A stretch of 64,000 nucleotides of DNA, from NCBI GenBank assembly GCA_963708295.1, contig CAVPSJ010000001.1:1-64000 (forward strand), written 5' to 3'. The stretch comes from an uncultured delta proteobacterium (GTDB lineage Bacteria > Desulfobacterota > BSN033 > UBA1163). This document shows, piece by piece, positions 10,489 to 19,273 of this stretch. Within the stretch, counting starts at the first letter, position 1. Every line of letters begins with the position of its first letter. The notes beneath the pieces were generated by a model, which had not been told where the DNA came from, made no database searches, and saw nothing but the letters and a program-made list of their open reading frames with translations. The translations under genes were made by a program, and so were the position numbers.

Positions 10489-11058
10489 CTACTGCTCACT
10501 TCGGTCGATGCCACCCCCGCAGTGGGGACACACCATAACGTTTTCGTCGATCACTTCATCGCAATGACTGCACTTCCAGCGGTCAGTTGGAGATAGGTCT
10601 AGGCCGCAGCTATTACATTTGAGGTCGTTCTCTCCCAGCCGGTTGCCACAACCCGGGCAAGACGAGAAGTCGAGATCCTCGACGTGGGGCATTCCCTCGC
10701 CATCGGGAACCTCCGCCGCGAAAACTTTCTCATCGATATCCTTGGCCGAGGGCAAGTCCTCCGGCCGAACGTAGACCGAGAAAGACATACTTGGGGGATC
10801 GGACTGCTCGATTCGGTGAGGAATTCCTGTTTCGGCCAGCTTGTCCTGCAGATGGTGGATCCAATCGACGTCAGCCGTCCGCAGTTCTTTGAGAGAGGAT
10901 ATATCATCCTCCAATATCACCGGTTCAGGAATTTCACCAGGCTCATCTTCGAAGTCGTCTTCGGAAATGAGTGGAATGTTGCAGATGGGGCAGATGGCTG
11001 TGTCCGGGGCGAAACCCACGTTGCACTTTGGACAAAAGACTGAATCAAAATCAGCCAT
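10489..11058 (-). CDS. Acidic multi-zinc-ribbon hypothetical protein
   Basis: Six CxxC pairs (CPKC/CPIC, CPGC/CNSC, CSHC/CPHC). Confidence 0.8.
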   Translation of the reverse strand: MADFDSVFCPKCNVGFAPDTAICPICNIPLISEDDFEDEPGEIPEPVILEDDISSLKELRTADVDWIHHLQDKLAETGIPHRIEQSDPPSMSFSVYVRPEDLPSAKDIDEKVFAAEVPDGEGMPHVEDLDFSSCPGCGNRLGENDLKCNSCGLDLSPTDRWKCSHCDEVIDENVMVCPHCGGGIDRSEQ

Positions 11059-11081
11059 GAAAGTGCCTTTATTTCAACATC

Positions 11082-11187
11082 TATTAACGCCGTCAAGGAT
11101 CGGGCAACGCTCGGCTCTGAGCAGCGACGGCTAGCGATCTCTCCGTGTAGCGCGACCGCCCGGTTGACGCCGTCCAGTTCGTTAGCC
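11082..11187 (-). mobile_element. Degenerate attC-like site downstream of mazF
   Basis: Minus strand: stop-aa-GGCTAAC...CGTCAA-CGGGCGG...TTGCCCG-TTGACG-gc-GTTAATA, an imperfect hairpin bounded by TAAC/GTTA. Confidence 0.4.
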
Positions 11188-11189
11188 TT

Positions 11190-11519
11190 TTAAACTCGAA
11201 TATCCAGGGCGATGCTTAGCGCTCTATTAAGTTCTTCAATCTTGTTGAGAGAGAGCGATCCAACAAAGTTGGTTAGAAGCGACTTAGGCAAACTGATAAG
11301 CTCGTCGCAATGAATACTACTGTCGTGCTTCAATCCCTGATCCACGCCAACCAGAACTTGAGTGGAAAGACCGTCATGTGCTGAATAAATCGGGGCACAA
11401 ATAACCGTAGAGAAGCGGGAATCGATAAGGATCTGGCGGCTTACGATAACAAAAACTCTGGATTTTTTGGGATCCTTTGCGGATGGGTTGGCAACACGAT
11501 ACAATTCACCACGTTTCAC
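11190..11519 (-). CDS. mazF: PemK/MazF-family toxin
   Basis: [35 protein letters not shown]; overlaps the upstream antitoxin. Confidence 0.9.
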   Translation of the reverse strand: MKRGELYRVANPSAKDPKKSRVFVIVSRQILIDSRFSTVICAPIYSAHDGLSTQVLVGVDQGLKHDSSIHCDELISLPKSLLTNFVGSLSLNKIEELNRALSIALDIRV

Positions 11520-11746
11520 AGATCAACCTGATAAGTAAGAACATCTGCTGCTTCTTGGTTTAGAGAGTCCGCATGCCGATTGATGATCTCAAGGTCTCTG
11601 GCATCTTGCTGCCTCTGTATCAATTGCATAATAAAAGCCCTGACAGCATTTTCGATGAACGCGGACCGGTTTTTGTTTTTTCCCGCATATTCATCGATCG
11701 CTTTTAGTACATCTTCAGGCAGGGTTATAGATGTCTTGACTTTCAT
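11516..11746 (-). CDS. Ribbon-helix-helix antitoxin
   Basis: [28 protein letters not shown]; ATGA-type overlap with toxin. Confidence 0.85.
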   Translation of the reverse strand: MKVKTSITLPEDVLKAIDEYAGKNKNRSAFIENAVRAFIMQLIQRQQDARDLEIINRHADSLNQEAADVLTYQVDL

Positions 11747-11752
11747 ACCCCC

Positions 11753-11781
11753 AAAATACCTCGGAAATAATACTTTGTCAA
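11753..11781 (-). promoter_or_regulatory. Sigma-70 promoter of the TA operon (near-leaderless)
   Basis: TTGACA-17-TATTTT, ending 6 nt before the ATG. Confidence 0.6.
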
Positions 11782-11865
11782 GTCTTTTTTCCTTGAAAAA
11801 AAGGAGAGAGAATTATACTTGAAACTTTTCGGTCTAACCACCTATAATTACTCAAAAAAGAGAAT

Positions 11866-13602
11866 CTAAAAATTCCGATATTTGTTTGTGACAGGTAGTC
11901 GCCGGTCTTTGCCAAGGGCCCGGTGGGTGATCTTGACTCCGGGAGGGCTCTGTCTTCGTTTATATTCATTCCGGTCCACCAGCTGAATCACTTCCCTGAT
12001 CATACTTTCCTTGAATCCCATTTTCACTATATCCTGGACTCCTTTATCTTCCTCGACATAAGCTTGAAGAATGGGATCAAGGACAGCGTAGGGGGGGAGG
12101 GAATCCTCATCTTTTTGATTCGGCCTCAATTCCGCGGAAGGCGGTTTACTGAAGGTACGTTTGGGGATGAGCTCCTTTCCTTCTTTCTTATTTCTGAATT
12201 TTGTTAATTCATAAACCAAAGTCTTCGGGACATCTTTCAGGACAGCGTACCCCCCGGCCATGTCTCCGTAGAGGGTACAATACCCCACACTCATCTCACT
12301 CTTATTCCCAGTGGTCAAAACAAGCCATCCAAATTTATTGGACAGGGCCATGAGGATGTTCCCACGGATGCGTGCTTGAACATTTTCTTCTGTCACATCA
12401 GGCTTCAGACCTTTAAAAGACGGGGAGAGGGTGTTCAGGTAGGCTTGAAATACTTCTGTGATTGGAATGGTGAGGAATCGAATGCCGAGGTTCTTTGCCA
12501 GGAGTTTCGCATCCTCCAGGGATTCTTTTGAGGAATATTGAGAGGGCATGGCCACTCCCACCACTCCTTTCTTGCCCAGCGCATCCACAGCAATGGCGGC
12601 GGTCAGGGCAGAGTCAATGCCCCCGCTCAGGCCGATTAAAACCCTTTGAAATCCATTTTTCCGAATATAGTCTCCTGTCCCGACCACCAAGGCGGAATAA
12701 ATTTCAGCAGCGCGATCCAATGGCGCCGAATCCCTTTTGGGAAGGGCAGGTCTTTTTCTCACGGAATGGGTTTGGTTTGGAAGATGAATCTTCATCAACT
12801 CTTTTTGCTCTTCGGACAGCTTCTCTCTTCTGATTCGGGGATCATGAAGCCGCATTCGAAAAACTGCCTCCATATCGAGGTCCGCCAGGATCAAGTCCTC
12901 CTCGAACTGTTTTCCTCGAGCGATCAATTTTCCGGTTTGATCGAAGATCAAGCTTCCTCCGTCGAAGACCAGTTCATCCTGGCCTCCGACGAGGTTGCAG
13001 TAGGCGACGATGGCCACGTTGTCCGAAGCCCTGGTCGAAATCATCTTCTCTCGAAATTCGGTTTTTCCGGCGTGGTAGGGTGAAGAGGAGATGTTGACGA
13101 TCAATTCTGCTCCTCCGTAAAGGGCCTGGGTCCGGATCGGATCTCCGGGATACCAGAGGTCTTCACAGATGCTCGGCCCGATCGGTGTCGACTTGAGAGT
13201 AAAGATAAAATTTTCCTTTCCCGGCTGAAAATATCGGTCCTCATCAAAGACCCCGTAGTTGGGAAGAAAGGTTTTGGAGTAAGTCTTGATTCGTTTTCCA
13301 TTGTGGAGGAGAGCGGCTGAGTTAAAGATGTCTCCGTCCTTGTCAACAAAGCCCACGAGGGCAGTGATCGAAGAAGTGGCCCGGGCAATCCTGTCGACGG
13401 CCTTTAGATTGGCCTCGATGAACTTCGGCATGAACAAAAGGTCTTCGGGCGGATAGCCGGTGACAGCCATTTCCGGGAAAGCCAGCAGGTCTGCACCCAT
13501 CTTCTTTCCCTTGGCGATGTAATCGAGAATCTTTTTCGTATTTCCTTCGATGTCACCGACGGTGGTGTTGATCTGGCAGAGTCCGATTCTAAGTGTTCGC
13601 AT
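11866..13602 (-). CDS. nadE: Glutamine-dependent NAD+ synthetase
   Basis: Nitrilase domain (FPE, K..LPNYGVFDE, ICEDLW) plus GLSGGIDS, TGNKSE, PSAELRP. Confidence 0.95.
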   Translation of the reverse strand: MRTLRIGLCQINTTVGDIEGNTKKILDYIAKGKKMGADLLAFPEMAVTGYPPEDLLFMPKFIEANLKAVDRIARATSSITALVGFVDKDGDIFNSAALLHNGKRIKTYSKTFLPNYGVFDEDRYFQPGKENFIFTLKSTPIGPSICEDLWYPGDPIRTQALYGGAELIVNISSSPYHAGKTEFREKMISTRASDNVAIVAYCNLVGGQDELVFDGGSLIFDQTGKLIARGKQFEEDLILADLDMEAVFRMRLHDPRIRREKLSEEQKELMKIHLPNQTHSVRKRPALPKRDSAPLDRAAEIYSALVVGTGDYIRKNGFQRVLIGLSGGIDSALTAAIAVDALGKKGVVGVAMPSQYSSKESLEDAKLLAKNLGIRFLTIPITEVFQAYLNTLSPSFKGLKPDVTEENVQARIRGNILMALSNKFGWLVLTTGNKSEMSVGYCTLYGDMAGGYAVLKDVPKTLVYELTKFRNKKEGKELIPKRTFSKPPSAELRPNQKDEDSLPPYAVLDPILQAYVEEDKGVQDIVKMGFKESMIREVIQLVDRNEYKRRQSPPGVKITHRALGKDRRLPVTNKYRNF

Positions 13603-13618
13603 GTCTCACCCCCAAAAG

Positions 13619-13759
13619 AAGCTCAAAGCTCAAAGCTCGAAGTTCAGAGCCAATCAAGGCTCAGAAGCTCAAGAGCTCAAAGCTTTAACATCTTATCGCT
13701 TAGACTCGAAAACATCAAAATCAACAGCGCCGACCCCTTGAGCTTTCAACTTTCAGCTC
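13619..13759. repeat. Heptamer-repeat inverted element (AAGCTCA)n...(TTGAGCT)n
   Basis: Tandem AAGCTCA/AAGCTCG/AAGTTCA left arm; TTGAGCT-TTCAACT-TTCAGCT right arm. Confidence 0.75.
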
Positions 13760-15196
13760 TTATTCTTCTTCCGAAACCAGCACTTCTTTCTTAATGTTAT
13801 ACTTCTCCATTTTGCCGCGCAGGGTGCTTCGATGAATTCCCAGCAGCGTCGCGGCCTTGAGCTGATTCCCTTTGGTTTTCTGAAGGGCACGGAGAATCAG
13901 TCCTCTTTCCAGATTCGAGATCATGTCGAGATCCTGTGAGGCCGCAGGGGCATTTGAGAGTTCTTCGAACAGCGCGTCGAGGAGGTCCTCCACATTCTTC
14001 TTGCTCAATTCCTCCTCGGCTTCTCGCTTCTCCCACCCTTTTTCGAAAAAGAGTTGATCCTCAAGGATCCATTCCCCCTGGCAGAGCACCCTGGCCCTTT
14101 TCAGGACATTCTCCAGTTGACGGACATTTCCGGGCCATTCATAGGAGTTAATCTTCTCCATCGCTGACGGAGTGATCCCCACCGTTCCCCTCTTCAATTC
14201 TCGGTCGAATTTTTTTAAGAAATAGGAAACCAGGTCCGGAATGTCTTCTTTCCGTTCTCTCAAGGGCGGAATGGTGATCGAGACCACATTGAGTCTGTAA
14301 TAGAGGTCTTCCCTGAACTTTCCGCTTGAAATCGCCTCCTCCAAATTTTTATTGGTGGCGACGATAAACCGGATGTCCACCTTGATCGTTTCCGTTCCCC
14401 CGAGCCTCTCAAAACGCTTCTCCTGGAGGACCCTCAGTAATTTGGCCTGGGTGGAGAGGGACATGTCACCGATCTCATCCAGAAAGATCGTTCCCCCCTG
14501 GCACTGTTCGAGCTTGCCGATTCGGCGAGAGATCGCTCCGGTGAATGCTCCTTTCTCATGGCCGAAGAGCTCGCTTTCAAGAAGGGTGTCCGGAATGGCC
14601 GCACAATTGACCGGAAGGAAAGGCTGATGGGAACGGAGACTGTGATGATAGATCGCCCGGGCGATCAGTTCCTTGCCCGTTCCGCTTTCTCCCCTGAGGA
14701 GGACCGTGACGTCGCTCGGGGCGACCTGGCCGATCATTTTGTAGATCTCCTGCATCCTGGGAGAGGATCCGACAATCCGTTCCTCTTCTCCCTCGGACAC
14801 GGCCAGGGGAGCGTAAGTGACTTCCTCTTTGATCAGTTTTCGCAGGGCGAGGGCTTTTTCAACCAGCCTTTTCATCTGCGGAATGGGGAACGGTTTCAGG
14901 ATATAGTCATAAGCCCCGTACTTCATGGCTTCGATGGCCGTTTCGGTCGTCCCGTAAGCCGTCATGATGATCACGAGGGACTTGGGGTCGATGAGTTTGA
15001 TCTCCTTCAGCACTTCGATTCCGCTTCGACCCGGCATCTTGATATCCATGATGATCAGGTCAGGCGAGCTTTCCCTGACCCGATCCAATGCCTCCGTGCC
15101 ATTTTGAGCCGTGAGGATCGCGTATTTTTCCTCCATCATCCTTTTCAGAGAATATCGGATCGATTTGTCATCGTCGACGATCAGAATGGTCTGCAT
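13760..15196 (-). CDS. Sigma-54-dependent response regulator (NtrC family)
   Basis: Receiver [35 protein letters not shown], Fis HTH; start moved to MQTIL. Confidence 0.95.
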   Translation of the reverse strand: MQTILIVDDDKSIRYSLKRMMEEKYAILTAQNGTEALDRVRESSPDLIIMDIKMPGRSGIEVLKEIKLIDPKSLVIIMTAYGTTETAIEAMKYGAYDYILKPFPIPQMKRLVEKALALRKLIKEEVTYAPLAVSEGEEERIVGSSPRMQEIYKMIGQVAPSDVTVLLRGESGTGKELIARAIYHHSLRSHQPFLPVNCAAIPDTLLESELFGHEKGAFTGAISRRIGKLEQCQGGTIFLDEIGDMSLSTQAKLLRVLQEKRFERLGGTETIKVDIRFIVATNKNLEEAISSGKFREDLYYRLNVVSITIPPLRERKEDIPDLVSYFLKKFDRELKRGTVGITPSAMEKINSYEWPGNVRQLENVLKRARVLCQGEWILEDQLFFEKGWEKREAEEELSKKNVEDLLDALFEELSNAPAASQDLDMISNLERGLILRALQKTKGNQLKAATLLGIHRSTLRGKMEKYNIKKEVLVSEEE

Positions 15197-15206
15197 CTTC
15201 TTCCTT

Positions 15207-16919
15207 TCATGAAACAGGGAGCCAAACCGTAAAAAGAGTTCCTTTCCCGGGTGCGCTCTCCACCTCGATCTTTCCGTCGTGCTGGTCGATGATCCGATGG
15301 GTAATGGAGAGGCCCAGGCCAATTCCTCCTTCCTTCGTAGAGAAGAAAGGGTCGAAGAGTTTATCGATGTCTTCACCGGGGATACCCACGCCGGAGTCCT
15401 GGATGGAGAGCTTCATCCATCGATCGTCCTCTGGAAGCCGCCCCTTCAACGACAGGTGGCCACCCTTCGGCATCGCCTGGACGGCGTTCAATAGAAGGTT
15501 GAGGATGGCCTGTTTCATCTGTTCGCGGTCCATCAAAATGAGGGGGAGAGGTTGAAATTCCTTTCGAACTTCGATCCGCTGTTTCTCGATTTGAGGCCTG
15601 AGCAATTGAAGGGTTTCTTCGATAATGGAGAGGACCTCCGCTTTCTCTAAGCGAGGGGGAGCCGGCTTGGCGAATCGGAGAAACTGATCGACGATTTCAT
15701 TGATCCGATTGATTTCTTCCGCGATGACCTTGAGGTCCTCCCGATGGGAGTTTCCAGCCGGATAATTTCCAGTCAGAGAATGGATCAGGATGTTGATGCT
15801 GGTCAATGGATTTCGAATCTCGTGGGCAATGCCTGCAGCCAACTGCCCCAAAGCGGCTAACTTATCGGATCGAACCAGCTGGGCTTCCGTTTTTCTCAAA
15901 TCGGCGGTCGTTTTTTGAATCTTTTCTTCCATCTGCAGGCTGAAGGCTTTGAGTTCCTGGTACATGAAGGCATTGTGAATGGCCAGGCCGGCCTGTTGGG
16001 CGTAAACCATCACCGATTCGAGGGCCTCCTTCGTAATGTTTTTGCTGGGCTCAACGAAGTCTGCGGCAATAGCTCCCAAGGCCTTTTCCTTAACCAGAAG
16101 AGGAACCACCACCAGGGAGTGAAGATTGAATTTCTCTTTCAGGACGGGGTTGACTCTTGGGTCTTTGCCGGCATCGGGAATCACGAAAGGCTGTTTCTCG
16201 AAAATCGACCGGGCAACGACACTCTCCTCCGGATCTAAGCGCAGCGTGATTCCCTTGATTCTTTCCTCATCGATTCCTACCGCCATTTTGCATTCAAGAG
16301 CATTCCTCGTTTGATTGACCAGGTAGAGACGGGCTCGGTCGAATCCGATATTTTTGGTCACTCCTTCCAAGACCAGTCTGAGAATCTCATCAATATCAAG
16401 GGTCTCCATCAGGCCGGATTTCTCAATGCAGACGGCTGCCTGATTGGCCACTGTCGAGAGCATCTCCTCTTCGTTTTTCGAAAAGGAATGGGGGTACGAC
16501 GTGTAGCAGTTGATCACACCGATGACCCTGTCCTTAATACACATGGGGACACTGAGCATCGAAACCAATCCTTCCTTTTTGGCCAGATCTTTTTCTTTAT
16601 ACAGAGGGTCTTTGAGGACGTTGAGAATGGCGATCGGCTGATTACGAAGAGCGACATGGCCCACCACTCCCTCTCCCAGGGCGAGGCTTCGCTCTTTCAG
16701 ATATTCTTCGCTGATGCTCTGGGTCGCCTTCAACTTCAGCCTGTGGTCTTTCTCATCCAGAATCCAAAGAGAACAGATCTTCGAGTCCATCAAATTAGCG
16801 GTCACGGTTACCATCAACCGCAGGACGTCTTCAAGATAGAGGCCGGAGGCGATGGCTTTGCTGATCTCCAGTAAAGCATTGATCTCTTTGGATTCCGGGT
16901 TTTTCTGCCCTTTGATCAA
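15207..16919 (-). CDS. Cytoplasmic GAF-GAF sensor histidine kinase
   Basis: Two GAF domains; AHEIRNPL H-box, NLLLNAVQA, DSGVG, FDPFFSTK, GIGLGL; no TM segments. Confidence 0.92.
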   Translation of the reverse strand: MIKGQKNPESKEINALLEISKAIASGLYLEDVLRLMVTVTANLMDSKICSLWILDEKDHRLKLKATQSISEEYLKERSLALGEGVVGHVALRNQPIAILNVLKDPLYKEKDLAKKEGLVSMLSVPMCIKDRVIGVINCYTSYPHSFSKNEEEMLSTVANQAAVCIEKSGLMETLDIDEILRLVLEGVTKNIGFDRARLYLVNQTRNALECKMAVGIDEERIKGITLRLDPEESVVARSIFEKQPFVIPDAGKDPRVNPVLKEKFNLHSLVVVPLLVKEKALGAIAADFVEPSKNITKEALESVMVYAQQAGLAIHNAFMYQELKAFSLQMEEKIQKTTADLRKTEAQLVRSDKLAALGQLAAGIAHEIRNPLTSINILIHSLTGNYPAGNSHREDLKVIAEEINRINEIVDQFLRFAKPAPPRLEKAEVLSIIEETLQLLRPQIEKQRIEVRKEFQPLPLILMDREQMKQAILNLLLNAVQAMPKGGHLSLKGRLPEDDRWMKLSIQDSGVGIPGEDIDKLFDPFFSTKEGGIGLGLSITHRIIDQHDGKIEVESAPGKGTLFTVWLPVS

Positions 16920-16972
16920 AGGGGCCTCCTATTTTTTTCTATCATAAACGAAATCCCCGATTTTTCAAAATG

Positions 16973-17008
16973 AAAAAGGGGATACCGGTATCCTGCGATA
17001 TCCCCTTT
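16973..17008 (-). terminator. Intrinsic terminator after gdhA
   Basis: Minus strand AAGGGGATA...TATCCCC-TTTTT. Confidence 0.6.
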
Positions 17009-17046
17009 CGAATCAAAGATTTTGAATTTTAAGCTTCTTTCTTATC

Positions 17047-18294
17047 TTAGACCCAACCCCGCAGCTTGCAGGCTTCCGCTACCCTTGCCACGGAAACCAA
17101 ATAGGCGGCCTGCCGCATGTTGACCTTCTCCTTTAAATACATCTGGTAGACTCCGTGAAAGGCGCGGGTCATTTTCTGGTCGAGCCTCTCGTGAACTTCT
17201 TGCAGGGGCCAGTAAAAATTGTACGTGTTTTGAACTTGCTCAAAATAGGATACGGTCACCCCCCCTGCGTTGGCGAGGAAATCAGGGATCACGAAGACCT
17301 TGTTCTGATACAGGATGTCATCCGCTTCCGGGGTTGTTGGTCCGTTGGCCAGCTCGCAAGAAATCTTGCACCGGATTCGATCTGCGTTTGCCGCGGTGAT
17401 CACATTTTCAAGGGCCGCCGGGAAAAGAACGGTGACCTCCAGCTCCAGGAGTTCTTCGTTGCTGATGTTCTCGGCTCCCGGGAATTTCTGGAGACTTCCG
17501 GTTTTGAGCTTGTAATCCACCACCTGCTTCGGATCTAACCCCTTTGCGTTGTAGATCCCTCCCTGGGAGTCCGAAGCGGCAATCAGTTTAAGTCCAAGAA
17601 TCTCGCTGCCCAAAAGAGCTGCGTATTGACCGGCGTTTCCAAAGCCCTGGACCGCCATGGGTTTGTCCCGGAGATCGATGTTCAGTAATTTGGCCGCTTC
17701 ACGCATCACATAGACGCCGCCCCGCGCCGTAGAATCTCCTCGTCCCTCCGATCCTCCGAGGGGAATCGGCTTCCCCGTGATGACACCGGGATGATGATGT
17801 CCGACGATCGTCTCATACTCGTCCATCATCCAGGCCATAATCTGAGGGGTTGTATAGACATCCGGAGCGGGCACGTCTTTCGAAACCCCTAGCGTCGAGG
17901 CGATGGCCCTCATATGAGCGCGAGCCAAACGCTGCTTCTCGCCCTCCGACATCCATTTCGGATTGCAGGTGATGCCTCCCTTTCCTCCTCCCAGGGGGAT
18001 ATCCACCACGGCCGTCTTCCAAGTCATCCAGGCAGCCAGGGCGCGGACGGTATCGATGGTCTCTTCCGGATGCCATCGGATGCCGCCCTTGGCTGGCCCC
18101 CGGGCCGTATTATACTGAATCCGATACCCATGGAATATTTGAACTTTTCCGTCATCCATTTGGACAGGTAGCGTTACCCGCAGCTCTTGTTGAGGCCACC
18201 GAAGCAGATCATGGGTGGCTAGGTCCAAACCTAGTCTGTCCGCCGCAACATCCAGTTGCGCCTGTGCAATCTTGAAGGGATTCAACTCTGCCAT
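17047..18294 (-). CDS. gdhA: Glutamate dehydrogenase (Glu/Leu/Phe/Val family)
   Basis: GPAKGGIR, GGGKGG, DVPAPD, QGFGNAG, ANGPTT, ANAGGV. Confidence 0.93.
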   Translation of the reverse strand: MAELNPFKIAQAQLDVAADRLGLDLATHDLLRWPQQELRVTLPVQMDDGKVQIFHGYRIQYNTARGPAKGGIRWHPEETIDTVRALAAWMTWKTAVVDIPLGGGKGGITCNPKWMSEGEKQRLARAHMRAIASTLGVSKDVPAPDVYTTPQIMAWMMDEYETIVGHHHPGVITGKPIPLGGSEGRGDSTARGGVYVMREAAKLLNIDLRDKPMAVQGFGNAGQYAALLGSEILGLKLIAASDSQGGIYNAKGLDPKQVVDYKLKTGSLQKFPGAENISNEELLELEVTVLFPAALENVITAANADRIRCKISCELANGPTTPEADDILYQNKVFVIPDFLANAGGVTVSYFEQVQNTYNFYWPLQEVHERLDQKMTRAFHGVYQMYLKEKVNMRQAAYLVSVARVAEACKLRGWV

Positions 18295-18320
18295 GTCTTG
18301 TTCTCCTTTTCTGAGATGAG

Positions 18321-18380
18321 TAATAAAAAAAGGGCGCCAAATTTCTTTGACGCCCTCGTCTTCAATACGGCATTGTATTG
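18321..18380 (-). promoter_or_regulatory. ANTAR-binding twin-hairpin antitermination switch with overlapping intrinsic terminator
   Basis: Minus strand CAATAC-AATGCC-GTATTG, aa, GAC-GAGGGC-GTC; hairpin 2 overlaps terminator AGGGCGTCAAA-gaaa-TTTGGCGCCCT-T run; ANTAR gene adjacent. Confidence 0.85.
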
Positions 18381-18390
18381 GTTAACGGCC

Positions 18391-18418
18391 ATTATATGAT
18401 ATTTTGAATTTTTGTCAA
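18391..18418 (-). promoter_or_regulatory. Sigma-70 promoter of gdhA
   Basis: TTGACA-16-TATAAT just upstream of the ANTAR hairpins. Confidence 0.8.
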
Positions 18419-18445
18419 GAAAATAATATTTCCTAAAACAGGTCA

Positions 18446-19147
18446 CTATCTCATTCTGTCTGTAAGGAGAATCGCCTCCGAGATCTCCCTCATCGTTTTC
18501 CGACTGTTCATGCTCGCCTTTCGAATCCTCCTGAACGCCTCTTCTTCATTCAGAGCATGTTGTTTCATCAATATCCCTTTGGCCCTTTCCACCAGTTTTC
18601 GAGTTTCCAACTCCTCCTGGATCACCTTGGTCTTTACCATTAATTCGGTATTCTCAATACAGATCGCCGCCTGGTTGGCGACGGAGGTGAGGACGGCTCT
18701 CTCCGTCTCACTAAATTCATGAGGATAGGAAGTGTAGCAATTGATCACCCCGATCACCTTATCTTTGACTGTCAGGGGAACACTGAGCATGGAAACCAAG
18801 CTTTCTTTTTTTGCTAATTCTTTCTCTTTGTAGCGGGGTTCTTTCAAGACATCGAGGATGGCCAAGGGCTTGTTCTGTTGCACTACGAAACCCACGATGC
18901 CCTCTCCCAGTTTTAAAGCCCGTTCCTTGAGGTATTCCTCGCTCATGGTTTGGGTGGCCCTGATTTTTAAAACCTTTTCTTTTTCATCCAAGATCCAGAG
19001 AGAACAGATTTTAGAGTCCATCACATTGGCGGTGACGGTCACAATCAGCTTCAAGATATCATCTAAGTACCGGTCGGAGGAGATGGCCTGGCTGATTTCC
19101 GAGAGAGCCTCAATCTGTTTCTTGGGGGAGGGTTTTTTGTATAACAA
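18446..19147 (-). CDS. GAF-ANTAR RNA-binding antiterminator
   Basis: GAF domain then LETRKLVERAKGILM..LNEEEAFRRIRKASMNSRKTMREISEAI. Confidence 0.93.
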   Translation of the reverse strand: MLYKKPSPKKQIEALSEISQAISSDRYLDDILKLIVTVTANVMDSKICSLWILDEKEKVLKIRATQTMSEEYLKERALKLGEGIVGFVVQQNKPLAILDVLKEPRYKEKELAKKESLVSMLSVPLTVKDKVIGVINCYTSYPHEFSETERAVLTSVANQAAICIENTELMVKTKVIQEELETRKLVERAKGILMKQHALNEEEAFRRIRKASMNSRKTMREISEAILLTDRMR

Positions 19148-19178
19148 CGGCGAACCTTCCTTTCACTATTGCGAAGCC

Positions 19179-19207
19179 AATTTACACAAAAGGTCTAAAG
19201 TTGTCAA
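19179..19207 (-). promoter_or_regulatory. Sigma-70 promoter of the GAF-ANTAR gene
   Basis: TTGACA-17-TAAATT. Confidence 0.65.
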
Positions 19208-19273
19208 CAAGCCGGAAGCGGTCGTGTGCGCAGTGTTTCCGGGCGGCATGTCTCGTCCGCCGTGGCTTTCTTT

